Below are positions 26,526 through 40,752 of a DNA stretch of 64,000 bases, in pieces. Every line of letters begins with the position of its first letter. Positions within the stretch are counted from its first letter, which is position 1. Made by a program: the position numbers and the translations under genes. This stretch comes from Octopus vulgaris (lineage: Eukaryota): the NCBI GenBank assembly GCA_951406725.2, contig OX597820.1, positions 101,370,001 through 101,434,000 on the forward strand, in the 5' to 3' direction. Under the pieces are notes generated by a model, which did no database searches, had not been told where the DNA came from, and saw nothing but the letters and a program-made list of their open reading frames with translations.

Positions 26526-28288
26526 ATATATATATATGCACACACACACACACACACATGCATGTAGATATCTAATATATTATTTATATACATGCGTGCA
26601 CATGTATATTTAAACATATATAGACACATATATGCATGTTTGTGTGTGGTGTTTGTGGTGATTGTGTGTATATTCATATACACACACATGTATGTAATAT
26701 ATCATCATCGTTAACGTCTGTCTTCCATGTTAGCATGGGTGGGATGGTATCACAAGAGCCAGCCAAGCCAAAGCCTGCACTAGACTTCTGTGACTGTTTT
26801 GGCAGGATCTTTACAGCTGGATGCCCTTCCTAACACCAACCACTCAGCAGAGTGGACTTATATATATCTTACACACATACACACACGCATGTATGTATGT
26901 ATGTGTGTGTGTGTGGGAGAGTGTGTTTTTATTTATTTGTCTTGACATCACATTATGGCTGTAAATAAGCATCACTGTCATGTAAGTGGGGCCTTCTTTT
27001 CCAATTTTCTGTGGAAGAAGTTTGCCATTACCTTCTGCCGGAGCCACGTGGAGCTGGTCTGAGATTTGAACCCATGATCCTTCAACCACGAGTCCGCTGC
27101 TCTAACCACTAGGCCATGTGCCTCCTTATGTCCCAAATACCAGCTTAATAACGACAAAAGTAAAGACAGTGAGCTGTCAGAAATGTTAGCATGCCAGGCA
27201 AAATGCTTAGTGGCATTTCGTTTGTCTTTGCATTCTGGTTTCAAATTCCTCTGAGGTCAGCTTTGCTTTTCATCGTTTTGGAGTTGATAAAATAAGAACC
27301 AGTTGAACACTGTGGTCGATGTCATCAACTTACCTCCTCTCCTCTCCAAAATGACTGGCCTTGTGCTAAAACTTGAAACCAATAATAACAAAAGTAGTGC
27401 ATTCCAACAAAAATACAGCAGAAGGGTTAATCAGTTCCATAAGTAATGACGGAAGTTATTAAGTAATTAGTAAAGTATTATTTCATTCGCTCATCACGTC
27501 ATTTCCTTACTCTTTATTCTCTTCCGGTAGCTGGGTACTATAGTTATCCTCCACTCTCTTTTCCTCTTCAAGGATACAGGTAATTAATGCACTCAAAGTG
27601 AAATTCTATCATATCGTGTGTATGCAAAGGATTCTTTCTATTATCTGCAGACATGTTTTGATATGTATACCTCATCGGCATAGCTTCAAGGATGATTATT
27701 ATATCGAGATCTTTATTGTATATTTAAATCAAAGTTATTTTCTTCTAATTTGTGTATGGTTGACTTTAAAATGGATATTCAGAAATTGATTAAATGAAGT
27801 GCAGCGAATACATAAATAGATATATTTATTTGTTAGTTCTGCAAGCTGGACCTGTTCAACTCATCTAATTTTCTTTTTCTCATCCTGGTGAATAAATGAT
27901 ACAACAACATTTATATAATTAAATTATGGGAAAGAAATAAACTTTATTCTGAATCATGAACAAAGATGATGTACAAATTTGTACATCACTATTGTTGACT
28001 ACGACTATGATCTGTCTTTGGCTGTTGGCTGTTGCTTTGAAATAGTACCTGGCCATGTGGCAGACAGAATACTCCTATTACATGTCAGTTACTGGATTGT
28101 AGGTAACCAAGTACAACATCAACTACCTGAAAGATTATTTCTTAAACACACACACACAAAAAAAATTTAATTCAAGAAAACACTTCTCCTTCATGGTCTT
28201 TAGAAAACTGACCAATAGCTGTCTTTGAATTGAAGGAATTTTATCTTAGAATCTTTCCCCCCCCCCCACCATCACACCACTGCTTTAA

Positions 28289-28508
28289 CCCTTTCGTTAC
28301 CAACCCAGCTGAAACTGTCTTTAGCTCTGTAGTACAAAAGTCTTGTTTTCATAAGTTTTGAATTAAAATCTTCCACCAAACCTTAGTCACAATTTATGTT
28401 CCTTACACTAGCTTAATGATAACTAAGTTATTTTACTAAATTCTCTGTTATGTTTAAAATTAATTGAAAGAAACACAGCATCTCAAAATAAATACAGTAA
28501 CGAAAGGG
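28289..28508. mobile_element. piggyBac-type MITE, same family
   Basis: TTAA TSDs and CCCTTTCGTTAC TIRs. Confidence 0.92.
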
Positions 28509-29324
28509 TTAATGTCTAATCAGATGGAATTTTGCTGAGGCAGATTTTCTGTAGCCAAATGTTGTTCCTGTTACTGACTCCTATGTTTCCAGGTAAGGTA
28601 ATATTCCCCCACGATAATATATGTTTTTGAGGAAAATAGGAAATGGATGACACCACTTCTATGAGGGCGACACTTGTTAACAACATTTGGGCAATGTCAA
28701 CACTAGGTGACATAAACACACATACACACCCATGGATTCACACACACACGCATATACACATATATGCACAGTCGACCTCGGCGGAATTTAAACTCAGAAC
28801 GTAACAGCAGACGAAATACCGCTAAATATTTCACTCGGTGTGCTAACGATTCTGCCAGCTTACCGCCTTTTAGTTTCTGTCTACAAAGTACATTGGCAAG
28901 GTTTTGGTCACCTCAGAGCTATAGCAGATGACACTTAAGTACCACTGATTGGGACTGAAACTGAAACCATGTGGTTGGGCAGCAAGCTTCTTAACCACAC
29001 GGCCATATCTGCACTTCAAGCCATGTCTACATTTCTTCTAGTTTGTGGCATACAAAACGGTCACAAAATAAAAGCTGTTTTAAATGGCTGTTGTGACAAT
29101 GTAATGATTACTTTTATATATTAAGATTACTCACCTACCACCCACTTTTAGTAGTACTTCTTAATGAAAGTGTCTGTCAGATACTAGATCCGATTTATCA
29201 ATATATGCTTCTTTGAAATTCATAGCTCTGTATATGTTCATTTGTATATTTGTATTTTTGTATTGGTTTGTTCTTTATTTAATTGCCTTCATTAAATAAA
29301 AGAATCAACATCATCATTCTAATT

Positions 29325-29850
29325 TAAGGTGGTGGCAAGTTGGCAAATTTGTCAGTAAGCTGGGTGAAATGCTTGCTGGCATTTCCTCTGTCTTTAGGTT
29401 TTGAATTCAAATTCTGCTGGGGTTGACTTTGCCTTTTTTCCTTTCAGGGTCAATAAAATAAGGACCAGTTGAGCACTGGAATTGATTTGATCGACTTTTC
29501 CTACCCTCCAAAATTTCAGGCCTTGTGCCTATCGTAGAAAGGATTATTATTATTATTATTCTTATACAGCGGTGGTGCCCCAGCATGGCTGCAGCCTTCG
29601 GGCTAAAACATTTTTAAGGATTTAAGGATTATGAAGATGGTGAGCTGGCAGAATTGTTAGCATGCTGAGCGAAATGCTTAACGGTATTTCGTCTGCCGCT
29701 ACATTCTGAGTTCAAATTCCACCGGTGTCAACTTTATCTCTCATATTTTTGGGGTCGATTAAACAAGTACCAGATACACACTGGGGTCAATGTAATTGAA
29801 TTAATCCCTTCCCCCAAATTTGAGGCCTTGTGTAGAAAGGATTATTATTA

Positions 29851-29887
<37 letters not shown>

Positions 29888-30230
29888 GGCATTGAGATGC
29901 ATCTCTACATTCTGACTGCCTTTCATCTTTTTGGGGTTGATGAAATAAATACCAGTTAAGCACTGGGGTCGATGTAATCGATTAGCCTTACTCCCCAAAT
30001 TTCAGGCCTTGTGCTTATAATAGGAAAGATTATTAAGTTGGTTAGCTGGTAGAATCATTAGTGCGTCAGACAAAATGCTTAGTGATATTTCTTCTGTCTT
30101 TGGCTTCTAGGTTCAAATATTGCTGAGGTTGACTTTGCCTTTCATCCTTTCAGGATCGGTGAAATAAGGACCAGTTGAGCACTGGGGTCAGTTTAATCAA
30201 CATACCCACTTCCCTAAAATTACTGGCTAT
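29325..30230 (+). mobile_element. tandem array of four or more Meta-type SINEs
   Basis: tRNA-like head GAGCTGGCAGAAT...GAGTTCAAATTC, Meta-like core, (ATT)n tails. Confidence 0.85.
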
Positions 30231-30759
30231 TGTTGTTGTTGGTTATCATTAAGGTAATGAATGGCAAACATGAATCAAAGATCAGTCAAAATGCCTGTGC
30301 TGTTTTTATTCTGAGTTCAAATCTTGCCAGGATCAACTTTATATTATTTTTTCAAGCTTGATAAAATAAGTACAATAAAATAGTAACTTGTTTCAAATAA
30401 CTATATCTGTCTCTTGCAGGTGTTTAGTTCTGTGCTAATGTAATAAATAGTGACTTGACAGAATCATCAGAGAATCAGACAAATTGCCTAGCAGTATTTC
30501 GTTATGACCCTTTACATTGAACGTTCAAGTCCCAAACCAAACAAGATGAAAGTCAAACTTTGGAGACATTTGAACTCAAAACATAAAATTGGACAAACTG
30601 CTGCTAAGCATTTCATCTGATGTGCTGACAATTCTGCCAGCTTTGTCTTTTACTTTTTTCATTGATTTACCGGTCAAATACTAGGGTTGATTTTAATCTT
30701 CCTCATAAATACGTAGCCTTGTGCCTATGCTAAAAATTACTATTTATGTTATTACCGCA

Positions 30760-31076
30760 GTTGCCGGTGGCACGTAAAAAGCACCAACCAATCGTGGCTG
30801 ATGCCAGCGCTGCCTGACTGGCGTCCGTGTCAGTGACATGTAAAAAGCACCAACCGATCATGGCCGTTTGCCAGCCTCCTCTGACCCCTGTGCTGGTGGC
30901 ACGTAAAAAGCACCCACTACTCTCACAGAGTCGGCGTTAAGAAGGGCATCCAGCTGTAGAAACACTGCCAGATCAGACTGAAGCCTGGTGCAGCCTCCTG
31001 GCTTCCCAGACCCCAGTTGAACCGTCCAACCCATGCTAGCATGGAAAATGGGTGTTAAACGATGATGATGATGATG
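30760..31076 (+). mobile_element. RTE 3' UTR-derived element with ~60-bp tandem units. Also 44515-44830 (+), 51480-51592 (-), 53484-53803 (-), 59523-59698 (-), 60310-60480 (-), 60977-61260 (-), 22455-22840 (-)
   Basis: GGTGGCACGTAAAAAGCACC units, AAGGGCATCCAGCTGTAGAAA motif, (GAT)n tail. Confidence 0.8.
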
Positions 31077-31573
31077 AGGGTAGATAGAAGAATCTACAAA
31101 GTGCCTAATGAAATGTAATGTGGCATTTAGTCACAATTTTTGTATTCAGAGATCAAAGGCTATTGATGTTGATTTCGTCATTCATCCTCTTATGGTTGAT
31201 AAAATAAGTACCAGTAATATACTGAAAATTGATTTCAATTTAATTTGTCCTTCTTGCATAAAGAAATTTGTGACTTTGTGCCAGTGTAAGAAATTAATAT
31301 TATCACCACCCAGCCAACTCTGTAAATTGGTTGATGTTAGGAAGGGCATCCAACCTTGGAAACCATGCCAAAACAGACCTCACCTGTGCTGGTACCATGT
31401 ACAAAGTACCTGGTCCTCTCTGTAAAGTGGAAGGGCATTAGGAAAAGCTTGGTGCAGTCTTCTGCCTGATCAGCTTCTGTCAAACCATCCAACCCATGCC
31501 AGCATGGAAGACAGATATTAATTGATGATGATGATGATGATGTTAATTAATATTATTGTATTTTTTTTTTTAG

Positions 31574-31633
31574 TTATGCATCTATGAAAGAGAATTTTAA
31601 AAAGCAACTAAAATACCAGGGTCATCTGTACAG
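31574..31633 (+). CDS. FAM135A: FAM135 exon (NYASMKENFKKQLKYQGHLYS)
   Basis: Poly-T + tag acceptor and ag|gtcagt donor. Resembles the FAM135 'KQLKYQGFLYS' segment. Confidence 0.9.
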
Positions 31634-32000
31634 GTCAGTATATCTAACTCATTTACTTTGTATTTTGTTTACTTGACTAATAAATATCCAGTTTTCTTGA
31701 CCAGAACTTTGTGGAGCAAAAATTTGGTCAACAAAAAGAAACTGTGTGTATGTGTGTGTGTATATATGAGTTTACCTATGTATGTGTTTGTGTCTAATGA
31801 TGTAAACCTATACAGCTGGTTCTCTCTTTGTTAAATTACATATTTGCATGTCTACATTGATACAGTATGCCAGTCGCTTCTCTTTTAAATGTATAAATTA
31901 AGGAATGAAACAGCAATGTTTGGTTACATAAGGAGTAACTTTCTGTTGTATTTTTGCTTTATAGATTGAAAGGAATAATTAATATTTTACATTAATGTAA

Positions 32001-32370
32001 GGCAGCAAGCCAGCAAAATCGTTTAGCATGCTAGGTGAAATGCTTAACGGTATTTCATCTGCCGTTACATTCTGAGTTCAAATTCTGCCGAGGTCGATTT
32101 TGCCTTTCATCCTTTTGGAGTCAATAAATTAAGTACCAGTTACACACTGGGGTCGATGTAATCGAGTTAATTCGTTTGTCTGTCCTTGTTTGTCCCCTCT
32201 GTGTGTAGCCCTTTGCGGGCAGTAAAGAAATAGGTATTTCATCTGTCTTACATTCTTAGTTCAAATGCTGCTGAGGTCAGCTTTACCTTTCATCCTTTCA
32301 GGGTTGAGAAAATTAGTACCTCTTGAGCTCTGGAGTGGATGTAATCAATTTACCCCTCCCCTGAAATTAC
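32001..32370 (+). mobile_element. Meta-type SINEs (nested pair). Other copies at ~27165-27385 (+), 35820-36030 (-), 39428-39590 (-), 41393-41625 (-), 63290-63482 (-)
   Basis: Same core motif. Confidence 0.85.
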
Positions 32371-32479
32371 TGGAGATGACAATGGTCTGTGATTTGTGGT
32401 GGGCTGGTATGTTGGAGCAGATTCTGTAAACATGGAATGGCAGAGATAAAAATCATGATATGTGCCTATATAGATGTGT

Positions 32480-33022
32480 GTGTGTGTGTGTTGTATGATG
32501 AAGCATGAATGTCTTGAGAGAAAAATTGGGCATAAGAGGCATCAGATGTGGTGTGCAAGAGAGACGAATACACTGGTATGGTCATGTATTGCGTATGGAT
32601 GGGAACAACTGTGTAAAGAAGTGCCAATCTGTAACTGTGGAGGGAACCTGTGGAAGAGGTAAACCCAGGAAGAAATGGGACATGGTGAAGCATGATCTTG
32701 GAATATTGGGCCAAATGAAGGTGATGATTAGTGACCGAGACTTTTGGCGATACGCTATGCTTGAGAAGACTCATCAAGCCAAGTGAAATCATAGTCATGG
32801 CTGTTGTCAGTGTCATGTAAATGGCACCCCTGCTGGTGGTATGTAAAAAGCACCCATTACACTCCCAGAGTAGCTGGGGTTAGGAAGGGCGTCTAGCTGT
32901 AGCTGTAGAAACCATGCCAAATCAGACTGGAACCTGGTGCAGTCCTCTGGCTTACTAGTTCCAGGCAAATCATCTAACCCATGTGAACATGGAGAACAGA
33001 CATTAAATGATGATGATGATGA
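32480..33022 (+). mobile_element. RTE-clade LINE 3' end (ORF C-terminus + 3' UTR + (GAT)n tail)
   Basis: LREKLGIRGIRCGVQERRIHWYGHVLRMD...GRGKPRKKW...DRDFWR is typical of the RTE post-RT region. Confidence 0.9.
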
Positions 33023-33460
33023 TCTTTATCTCATCTATAGGAAACACTTGTCCTTCCATTATACTTTAACCTTTTGTCACCTAGCATGAAGCTACTTCAT
33101 GTCTCTCAGATACATTCCTGCTTAGTAGAAGGGGCTTTTTTTTGTTTTCCTTTGTCTTGCAAATTGCTTGGTGATCTAACTACTGCTGGTGTCACAATAA
33201 AAAGCACCCAGTACATGTTGTAAAGTGCTTGGTATAAAGAAGAACATCCAGCCATAGAAACCATGCTAGAGTTGACATTGGGGTTTGATACAATCCTGCC
33301 AGCTATTGGATCCTGTCAACTTGTCCAATGAATACCAGCATAGAAAATGGACATTAAATGATGATGAGGTCGATGATGATAATGTGTATGTATATGTGCA
33401 CTATATATGTGTATATATACACCCCCACACATGCACATGTTAGAAAAGGAGTTAAATTTA

Positions 33461-33505
<45 letters not shown>

Positions 33506-34171
33506 AGCAGTATTGTATTGTATTGGTGTTTGCATATTGGACCATCCCACTGCTTCTATTTAATTTCATTCATACCTTATACATTGTTATTGAGTGTACT
33601 TTACTTTATCATATCATGTTGTCATTCATTAAAAATATGTGCATGTATATACACACAAACACTCATACATACATACATGTACACACACACACACACACAC
33701 ACACACATTTTACACTAGCTATATTCTGAGTTCATTGTCTTTTGTATATTATAGCAAATGATGACATATTAATATCCTCCATACAGAGAGGAAAAAAATA
33801 CATATAATTGTGATTAATGGTGATTCATTCTATTAGTGAGGGAGACATTTATTTCATAAACAATCAATGCAACTGTATCTTGAATCATCGATGTTGATAG
33901 CTTTAAGCAGTAATCTTCTTTCTGACGTCTTGTTGTTCCTGTCTGCTCCGCTCGGTTGTTATTAATACTCTTTTATGATATGTCATGTCAGAGATATTTC
34001 CTTTGTTTTGTTGGGTTTTTTTTTTGTTTTGTTTTGTTTTGTTGTAATCATGTAATTATTATCCTCATCATCATCTTTTCCCTTCTTAATGTGATGATCA
34101 TCCTTCTCATTACCACGGTCGACATCATAAATATCATCACTCCAATAATAATGATGATGGTGATGATTATG

Positions 34172-34214
<43 letters not shown>

Positions 34215-35242
34215 CAGTGATTGTAGGAGCACTTGAAAAGATCAAAAAACGAACTGAAAATTATTTAACACACACACACACACTGTTTTATTATATAAGT
34301 TGAAATATTTAATTTTGAAGAACTCCAATGGATCGGGCAAGATGTTGCCAGCCTGTCATTACATAACACAAAAAAGATTAAATATGAAATGTAAATTGAA
34401 AACAGCTTCTGATTGAATTTTGAATTCCAGTTCAATATGAATTTGTAGATAATCCTCTTTCTCTCTTCAGTTCCACAATAGCCTGTCCTTGTCATCACTT
34501 TGGCAGCAGCTGTTATTGTCATCCTAATCTTCTTCAATTATTTACAAACAATGATTTTTTTTCAATGATAGAATACTTATATCTACAAATCTATGTTTAT
34601 TTTGGTTTTCTCTATAATTAGGTGTGAGATTCCTCTCCCCCATAGAATGGATGTTAGTCTAACACTTGTAACTTTCTTACAAGATGTATCCATCTTGGCA
34701 GTCCAGCTACAAGTTTTTACAGAGTAGCTGTCGCAGAAGAAAAGAAAGTAAACCTAATCCCTCTGCCAAGCCATGTCAAGACAGTGTGGTGGTGTAGGCT
34801 CATCAAACCATTATGATCTTGAGTTCACATTCTTGGACCATGATTTATTGGAGAGGACATTGTTGAGGCCTTGATCCTGCAATGGTCTGATCATTGGCAG
34901 TCCACTCCAATCTGATCCAACTGTTACTTATAATGATTAATTGTATTTGTTCCACTTACTTAACCCTTTAACATTCACACTATTCTGTCAAATGTAATAC
35001 TTAATTTATTCACATTGTTTTGAATTAATTACACATTATCTTGTAGCTTTGAGATTTTGATGATGTAATTGTTTGAATTCTAAGGAGTTAACCCATTAAA
35101 AGTTTTGGTTACAAATGTGAACAGATGACTTCTCTGGTGGTCTTGTGGTACTATAATAAACTCACTATTCCACCCTCACAAAATTCAAACAATCCCATAT
35201 TTTAGTTTTGTTAATAATCATAAATTTTTCTCTCTTCTTCAG

Positions 35243-35355
35243 TGAATTTTCATCAATAGCTTCGGACATTCCATATTTTTTGACTCCACAGTATTATGAT
35301 CCTAACAGTAATTCTGATCATCTACATTTAATCATCTGTGTCCATGGTTTGGATG
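35243..35355 (+). CDS. FAM135A: FAM135 exon, start of DUF676 (EFSSIASDIPYF...HLHLIICVHGLDG)
   Basis: ttcttcag acceptor, gtaagt donor, conserved HLxxCVHGLDG motif. Confidence 0.95.
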
Positions 35356-36440
35356 GTAAGTTAATACATCTTTCATAATCTTTGTTAAGTAGTCTTTGAT
35401 AATCAACTGTAATGTGATTTAAAGATTTTTTCCCTTCTAAATTTCTCTAGTTTTTTTTTAACTCTCTTATTGCTTTATTGGTGATTTATCAATCCAGACT
35501 AAGATAAGTCATAGATAAAATGATAATTGGATGAAATGCTAGCTAAATATTATATTAAACATGTTTTTTAGACTATCAGTAAATTCTATAATTCATTGAA
35601 TTGTTGCAGTGACACAAACAACTGAATAATCTACCCTAGGTATATACTGTATATTTTAATCCAGGAAGGATTTGAACATCATACAATGGGATTCAAAAGC
35701 AGTTGTTAGTTGTAGTCTTCTCTCGTTGTCTAAAATAGGAATTGTTAGTTGTCTTGGTCATAAAACATCAGTAACATGATCTCAACCTGATCCTTCATTT
35801 TGTGGTCCTGCATCATATTATTTTCTACTCTAGGCACAAGGCCAGAAATTTTGGGGACGGGGCCAGTCGGTTTGATCGATCCCAGTATGCAGCTGGTACT
35901 TAATTTACCGACCCTGAAAGGATGAAAGGCAAAGTTGACTGTGGCAGAATTTGAACTCAGAATGTAAAGACAGATGAAATACTGCTAAGCATTTCGCTTG
36001 GCATGCTAACGTTTCTGCCAGCTCGCCACCTGGCTCGTATCAACTGAGAAAAATGTGATTCTAAATCCAGTCAATAGAGCATATGGGATATTTTCTTGAA
36101 TATGAGCATGTTCTGGAAGAACATATCAAACTACATTTTAAAGTTGATTTGTTCACAATAAAATGGATTCTGTCAAATTGTTGATTTATGTCAAATTGTT
36201 GATTTATGCAACGTACTCTGCTGTATTAGGATTTAACCATTTAGGTTTATTAAAATAAACTTCCATAAGGTATTAATATTGATTTAATTGATTCTGTTCC
36301 TTTGTACTTGGTCATAAGAAATCTTTATCATTTACATAGCAATAGTAGCATTAAAATTTAAAATTGCCATTCTTTTTCCAGGAAATAATACAAAACTATA
36401 AAAATTGCAATGACATTATGACAGAGTATAATTTTTCTGA

Positions 36441-36590
<150 letters not shown>

Positions 36591-36994
36591 TAAGTATGGC
36601 TGTGTGGTAATAACTTTATTTACCATCCACATGCTTCTGGGTTCAGTCCCACTGCATGGCACCTGAGAAGTGTCTTCTACTACAGCCCTGTGTTGAGCAA
36701 AGCTTTGTGAGTGAAAGGAGCCTGCCATGGATGTATGTGTGTTTGTGTTTGATTTGACATTGTGTGATAGTTGTAAAATGATTGTCACTCTCATGCAATG
36801 CATGACATTACTCATTTCCAATATTCTGTGAGAACATGTCTGGCCATGGGTAAATATTACCTTGCTTGGAAACAGGTATAGGTTGGTAACAGGAAGAGTA
36901 TCTTGTCATAGAAAATCCACCTCAGTAAACTCTGTCTGACTCATGCAAGCATGGAAAAGTGAACATTAAAATGATGATGATGATTTGTATAACT

Positions 36995-37191
36995 CAGTGG
37001 TTCCCAAACTATGAGTCGCGACCCAACTGTGGGTCGCGAACAGAATCTTAGTGGGTCGCAAAAAGTTATAAAATTACGCATTAGCTTTGATTAACTGCTG
37101 TCTATTGAGATACTCAGTAGAGTTAAGTTGGTCGTCATAAACTGGTATGATAAATAGTGGGTCACTACTCTAAAAAATTTGGGAACCACTG
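36995..37191. mobile_element. hAT MITE
   Basis: TIRs CAGTGGTTCCCAAA / TTTGGGAACCACTG, perfect 8-bp TSD GTATAACT, subterminal GGGTCGC repeats. Confidence 0.93.
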
Positions 37192-37417
37192 GTATAACTG
37201 ACAAAAGCGTTATCATTTAAAAAACAGCATTTTTTTTTAATGAGACACTCTATCAAGATGAAGAGTTTTTTATTTTCGGATCACAAAATCTTGAATGAAA
37301 AAATTATATAATCTGGTTTATCACATTTGGTTTGCTACTCTTAAAATGTGTCTATCAGGGCTAAACACCATTACTGATAGCAACTTAGACAATGAAAGAC
37401 ATACATATAATGTAGTT

Positions 37418-37756
37418 GGCGCATGGCTCAGTGGCTAGAGCGTCAAACTCACAATCATGAGGTAGTGAGTTCGATTCCTCAACTGGGCTGTGTGTTGTGT
37501 TCTTGAGCAAGACACTTTATTTCATGTTGCTGCAGTTCATTCAGCTGTAGAAATGAGTTGTAACGTCACAGGTGCCAAGCTGTATCAGCCTTTGCCTTTC
37601 CCTTGGATAACATCAGTGGTATGGAGAGAGGAGGATGGTATGTATGGGTGACTGCTGGTCTTCTGTAAGCAACCTTGCCCGGACTTGTGCTTCAGAGGGT
37701 AACTTTCTAGATGCAGTCTCATGGTCATTCATGACTGTAGGGGGTCTTTATCCTTT
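37418..37756 (+). mobile_element. third tRNA-derived SINE family (related fragments at ~41800-41950 (-) and ~61305-61450)
   Basis: A box TGGCTCAGTGG, B box GAGTTCGATTCC, CORE-like TTCTTGAGCAAGACACTT. Confidence 0.8.
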
Positions 37757-37856
37757 AGCCTAAACACATGACATATCCTTTAGCCTAAACACTACACCAT
37801 ATGCCCACGGGCATATGGCGTAGTGGTTAAGGCTGGAGGGTATATTGGTTGAAACG

Positions 37857-37900
37857 TTGATGAAGGCTGGAAGGTATATCAGCCGAAACGTGTTAACAAC
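37857..37900 (+). ncRNA. 5'-truncated minimal hammerhead
   Basis: TTGATGA-A-GGCTG(GAAGGTATAT)CAGCC-GAAAC-GT-GTT-AACAAC. The 5' strand of stem I is largely lost. Confidence 0.5.
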
Positions 37901-38172
37901 AAACAAGATGAGGACAAATATCCATATGATGTAAATAATGTACCAGGGACTTAATAAATTTAATGAAAAAGCAAAAAAATAAAGTCACTACTTGTTAGAC
38001 TTTATATTACAGTTGTTTTTTAAAATAGCTTCAGGAGTTTCTTAAGTATTAATTTGTCTTAATCCATCTCGAACAGACTTTTAAAAATATAAATAAATTA
38101 ATGTTATTTGTAAAGTCCATTATTATTCTAGTGTTGGCTTCCATATAATGCTATTGTCTACGACTTTTACAG

Positions 38173-38273
38173 ACAGACACATTTGCTGATTTTGAGTTGA
38201 TGACAACAAGATTAGTGAATGAAATTCTTTGCTATGTCCACATGTATGATTTACGGCCACCATCCAGAATCAG
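38173..38273 (+). CDS. FAM135A: FAM135 exon (TDTFADFELMTTRLVNEILCYVHMYDLRPPSRIS)
   Basis: ttttacag acceptor, gtaata donor, DTFADF motif. Confidence 0.95.
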
Positions 38274-38492
38274 GTAATAATTAAACATTTCTACACAAAT
38301 TTCACATCTATTCAGATTTTGTTTTTTTTTTCCTTTTGATACATTCTTTAACCCTTTGCCTGACCAAAGCAGTTTCATGAGTTCATCTTAACCTTTTAGT
38401 ATTTAATTTACCCTATCAAATGTAATGCTTAATTATTCACATTGTTTTAAATTAATCAGGCATTGTCTTGTAATTTCAAGATTTCAGTGATA

Positions 38493-38665
38493 GGCGCAGG
38501 AGTGGCTGCGTGGTAAGTAGCTTGCTTACCAACCACATGGTTCCAGGTTCAGTCCCACTGCGTGGCATCTTGGGCAAGTGTCTTCTACTATAGCCCCGGG
38601 CCGACCAATGCCTTGTGAGTGGATTTGGTAGACGGAAACTGAAAGAAGCCTGTCGTATATATGTG

Positions 38666-38696
<31 letters not shown>

Positions 38697-38915
38697 ATAT
38701 GTTTGTGTGTCTGTGTTTGTCCCCCTAGCATTGCTTGACAACCGATGCTGGTGTGTTTATGTCCCTGTCACTTAGCGATTCGGGAAAAGAGACCGATAGA
38801 ATAAGTACTGGGCTTACAAAGAATAAGTCCCGGGGTCGATCTGCTCGACTAAAGGTGGTGCTCCAGCATGGCCGCAGTCAAATGACTGAAACAAGTAAAA
38901 GAGAGAAAGAGAGAG
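38493..38915 (+). mobile_element. CORE-type SINE copy
   Basis: Same family, inserted into a TTAA-MITE. Confidence 0.9.
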
Positions 38916-40752
38916 ATATAATTGTTTAGTTTTAGAAAAACACTGTGGGGTAATTGTAAGAGGCAGGTAGAATATTTGGGTTGGGTATGATAGATTTAAA
39001 TGCTAAAGAAATAGACCCTGCTATGTTTATTTACCGACTTTCTGTTAGTCCTTGTTTCACACATTCTGAGTAATCTAAAGCTCTCCTTTCATAAGTCACA
39101 AGTTACTTTGGTGGTTGGAGAAAAAAATAATAAAAAAAGGGTGTGTATTTCATATATGATGCATGAATACCAGGGTAATATATCCTTTGTGTCACATGTG
39201 ATACACAGGACAAACAAAAGATTAAGAATGTGTATTATGTGTCTGTTAAAACTGTTAATAACCTCAGTGCACTGATATCCTGGATTGTACTGAGAGAAGA
39301 ACCACTTGGCTGAATGGACCTGAATGGACCCATTCCAGTCTCTGGTCCACAGGTCTGCTGTCTTCTCCCCGTGTTTTCTGTTGCTACTATAATGACCTCT
39401 GCTCTTTGGTGCTGGTTGGTCATATACCTATTTCTTTATTACCCACAAGAGGCTAAACATAGAGGGGACAATCAAGGACAGACATAGGTATTGAGTTGAT
39501 TACATCGACCCCAGTGCGTAACTGGTACTTAATTTATTGACCCCGAAAGGATGAAAGGCAAAGTTGACCTCGGCGGAATTTGAACTCACCACTCTTGTAT
39601 TCCCAGCTCACTCATCTCTCCACCTCTCGGCATCCTTGGTGCATCCAGTCACCCTTTCTCACACTAGGCATTACATCCAATCCTTTATCCCCGGAACATT
39701 AAATCTTCTGGAATCTCCTCCCGATTCATGACTCTCCTTCTTGAGTGGATGGGGGTGGGGGGTCGACCTATGACAATTTAAATGAAGCATTAATGATATC
39801 AGTCTCCTCAATCTCAGCAGTTCTGTAAGGGTTGTGGTCTCTAGCCCTTCCCCTTCCTCCAGGCTCAGCAAATAAAAAAAAGAAAAAAAGAACAGAGAGA
39901 GAGAGAGAAATAGTTAAACCGTCACAATTAAGAGAATCTTAGTTTAGGAGTCTCTTCACATGTCTTTGTAGTGGGTTTTGGGAGTGAAGTTAAAATATGT
40001 ACCAGTAATCTGCTAAGGCTTACCCAGTTACATAATGGCTGATCCGCACCCCATGAAGAGTCAAAAGAAAGTTGTATTCAAATAATCAATGGAATAGGGG
40101 AGAAGTGCGAAAAATTTTATTGCTTTTTTTCTTAGTGTTAACATTCATCTTGTCATTGTCACCTCCTCCCCCACCACCAGTTCCTTGTCATTGTTTGTCC
40201 ATCATTATATATCTCATTCATGCTGTGTCACTATCATTTTGTCATAAAGCTGTTGTTTTCCATAATCATTTATCATTGTCAGTATTATTGTTTGCTTCTG
40301 TTCTCAGTCTCATTACTATAGTGAGGAGGAGGAGGAGTATGCTCACCTCCCCGAACACCACCAGAAATTATGACTGCTAAAAATTGCAGCCAAATCCCCC
40401 CCCCCCCCAAAAAAAAAAGCACAAACATTTTGCCATCTTGAAAAAGGAAACAACACATTAGATATTGTCTCATCTAACCATAAAAAGACACGATGGTCAC
40501 AACTAGATTACCTTTGATTGGGATCAACCATATTTGTCATAATGATCTGTGGATCACATCTAATTAATTGACTACCTGTGCACCATAGGCATGCCAAGTC
40601 TGTGGATAACTTTTATTAGAATTATTATTGTCTACCTGTGAATATGAAATACTATTCCTTAAGTGTATCTACTTGGGCAAACTAGATCAATATCAATGTG
40701 ATGTTTGTTCTGTGACAGGTGTTTGACTAGGAGCAGTCAGGGGCTCAATCCC

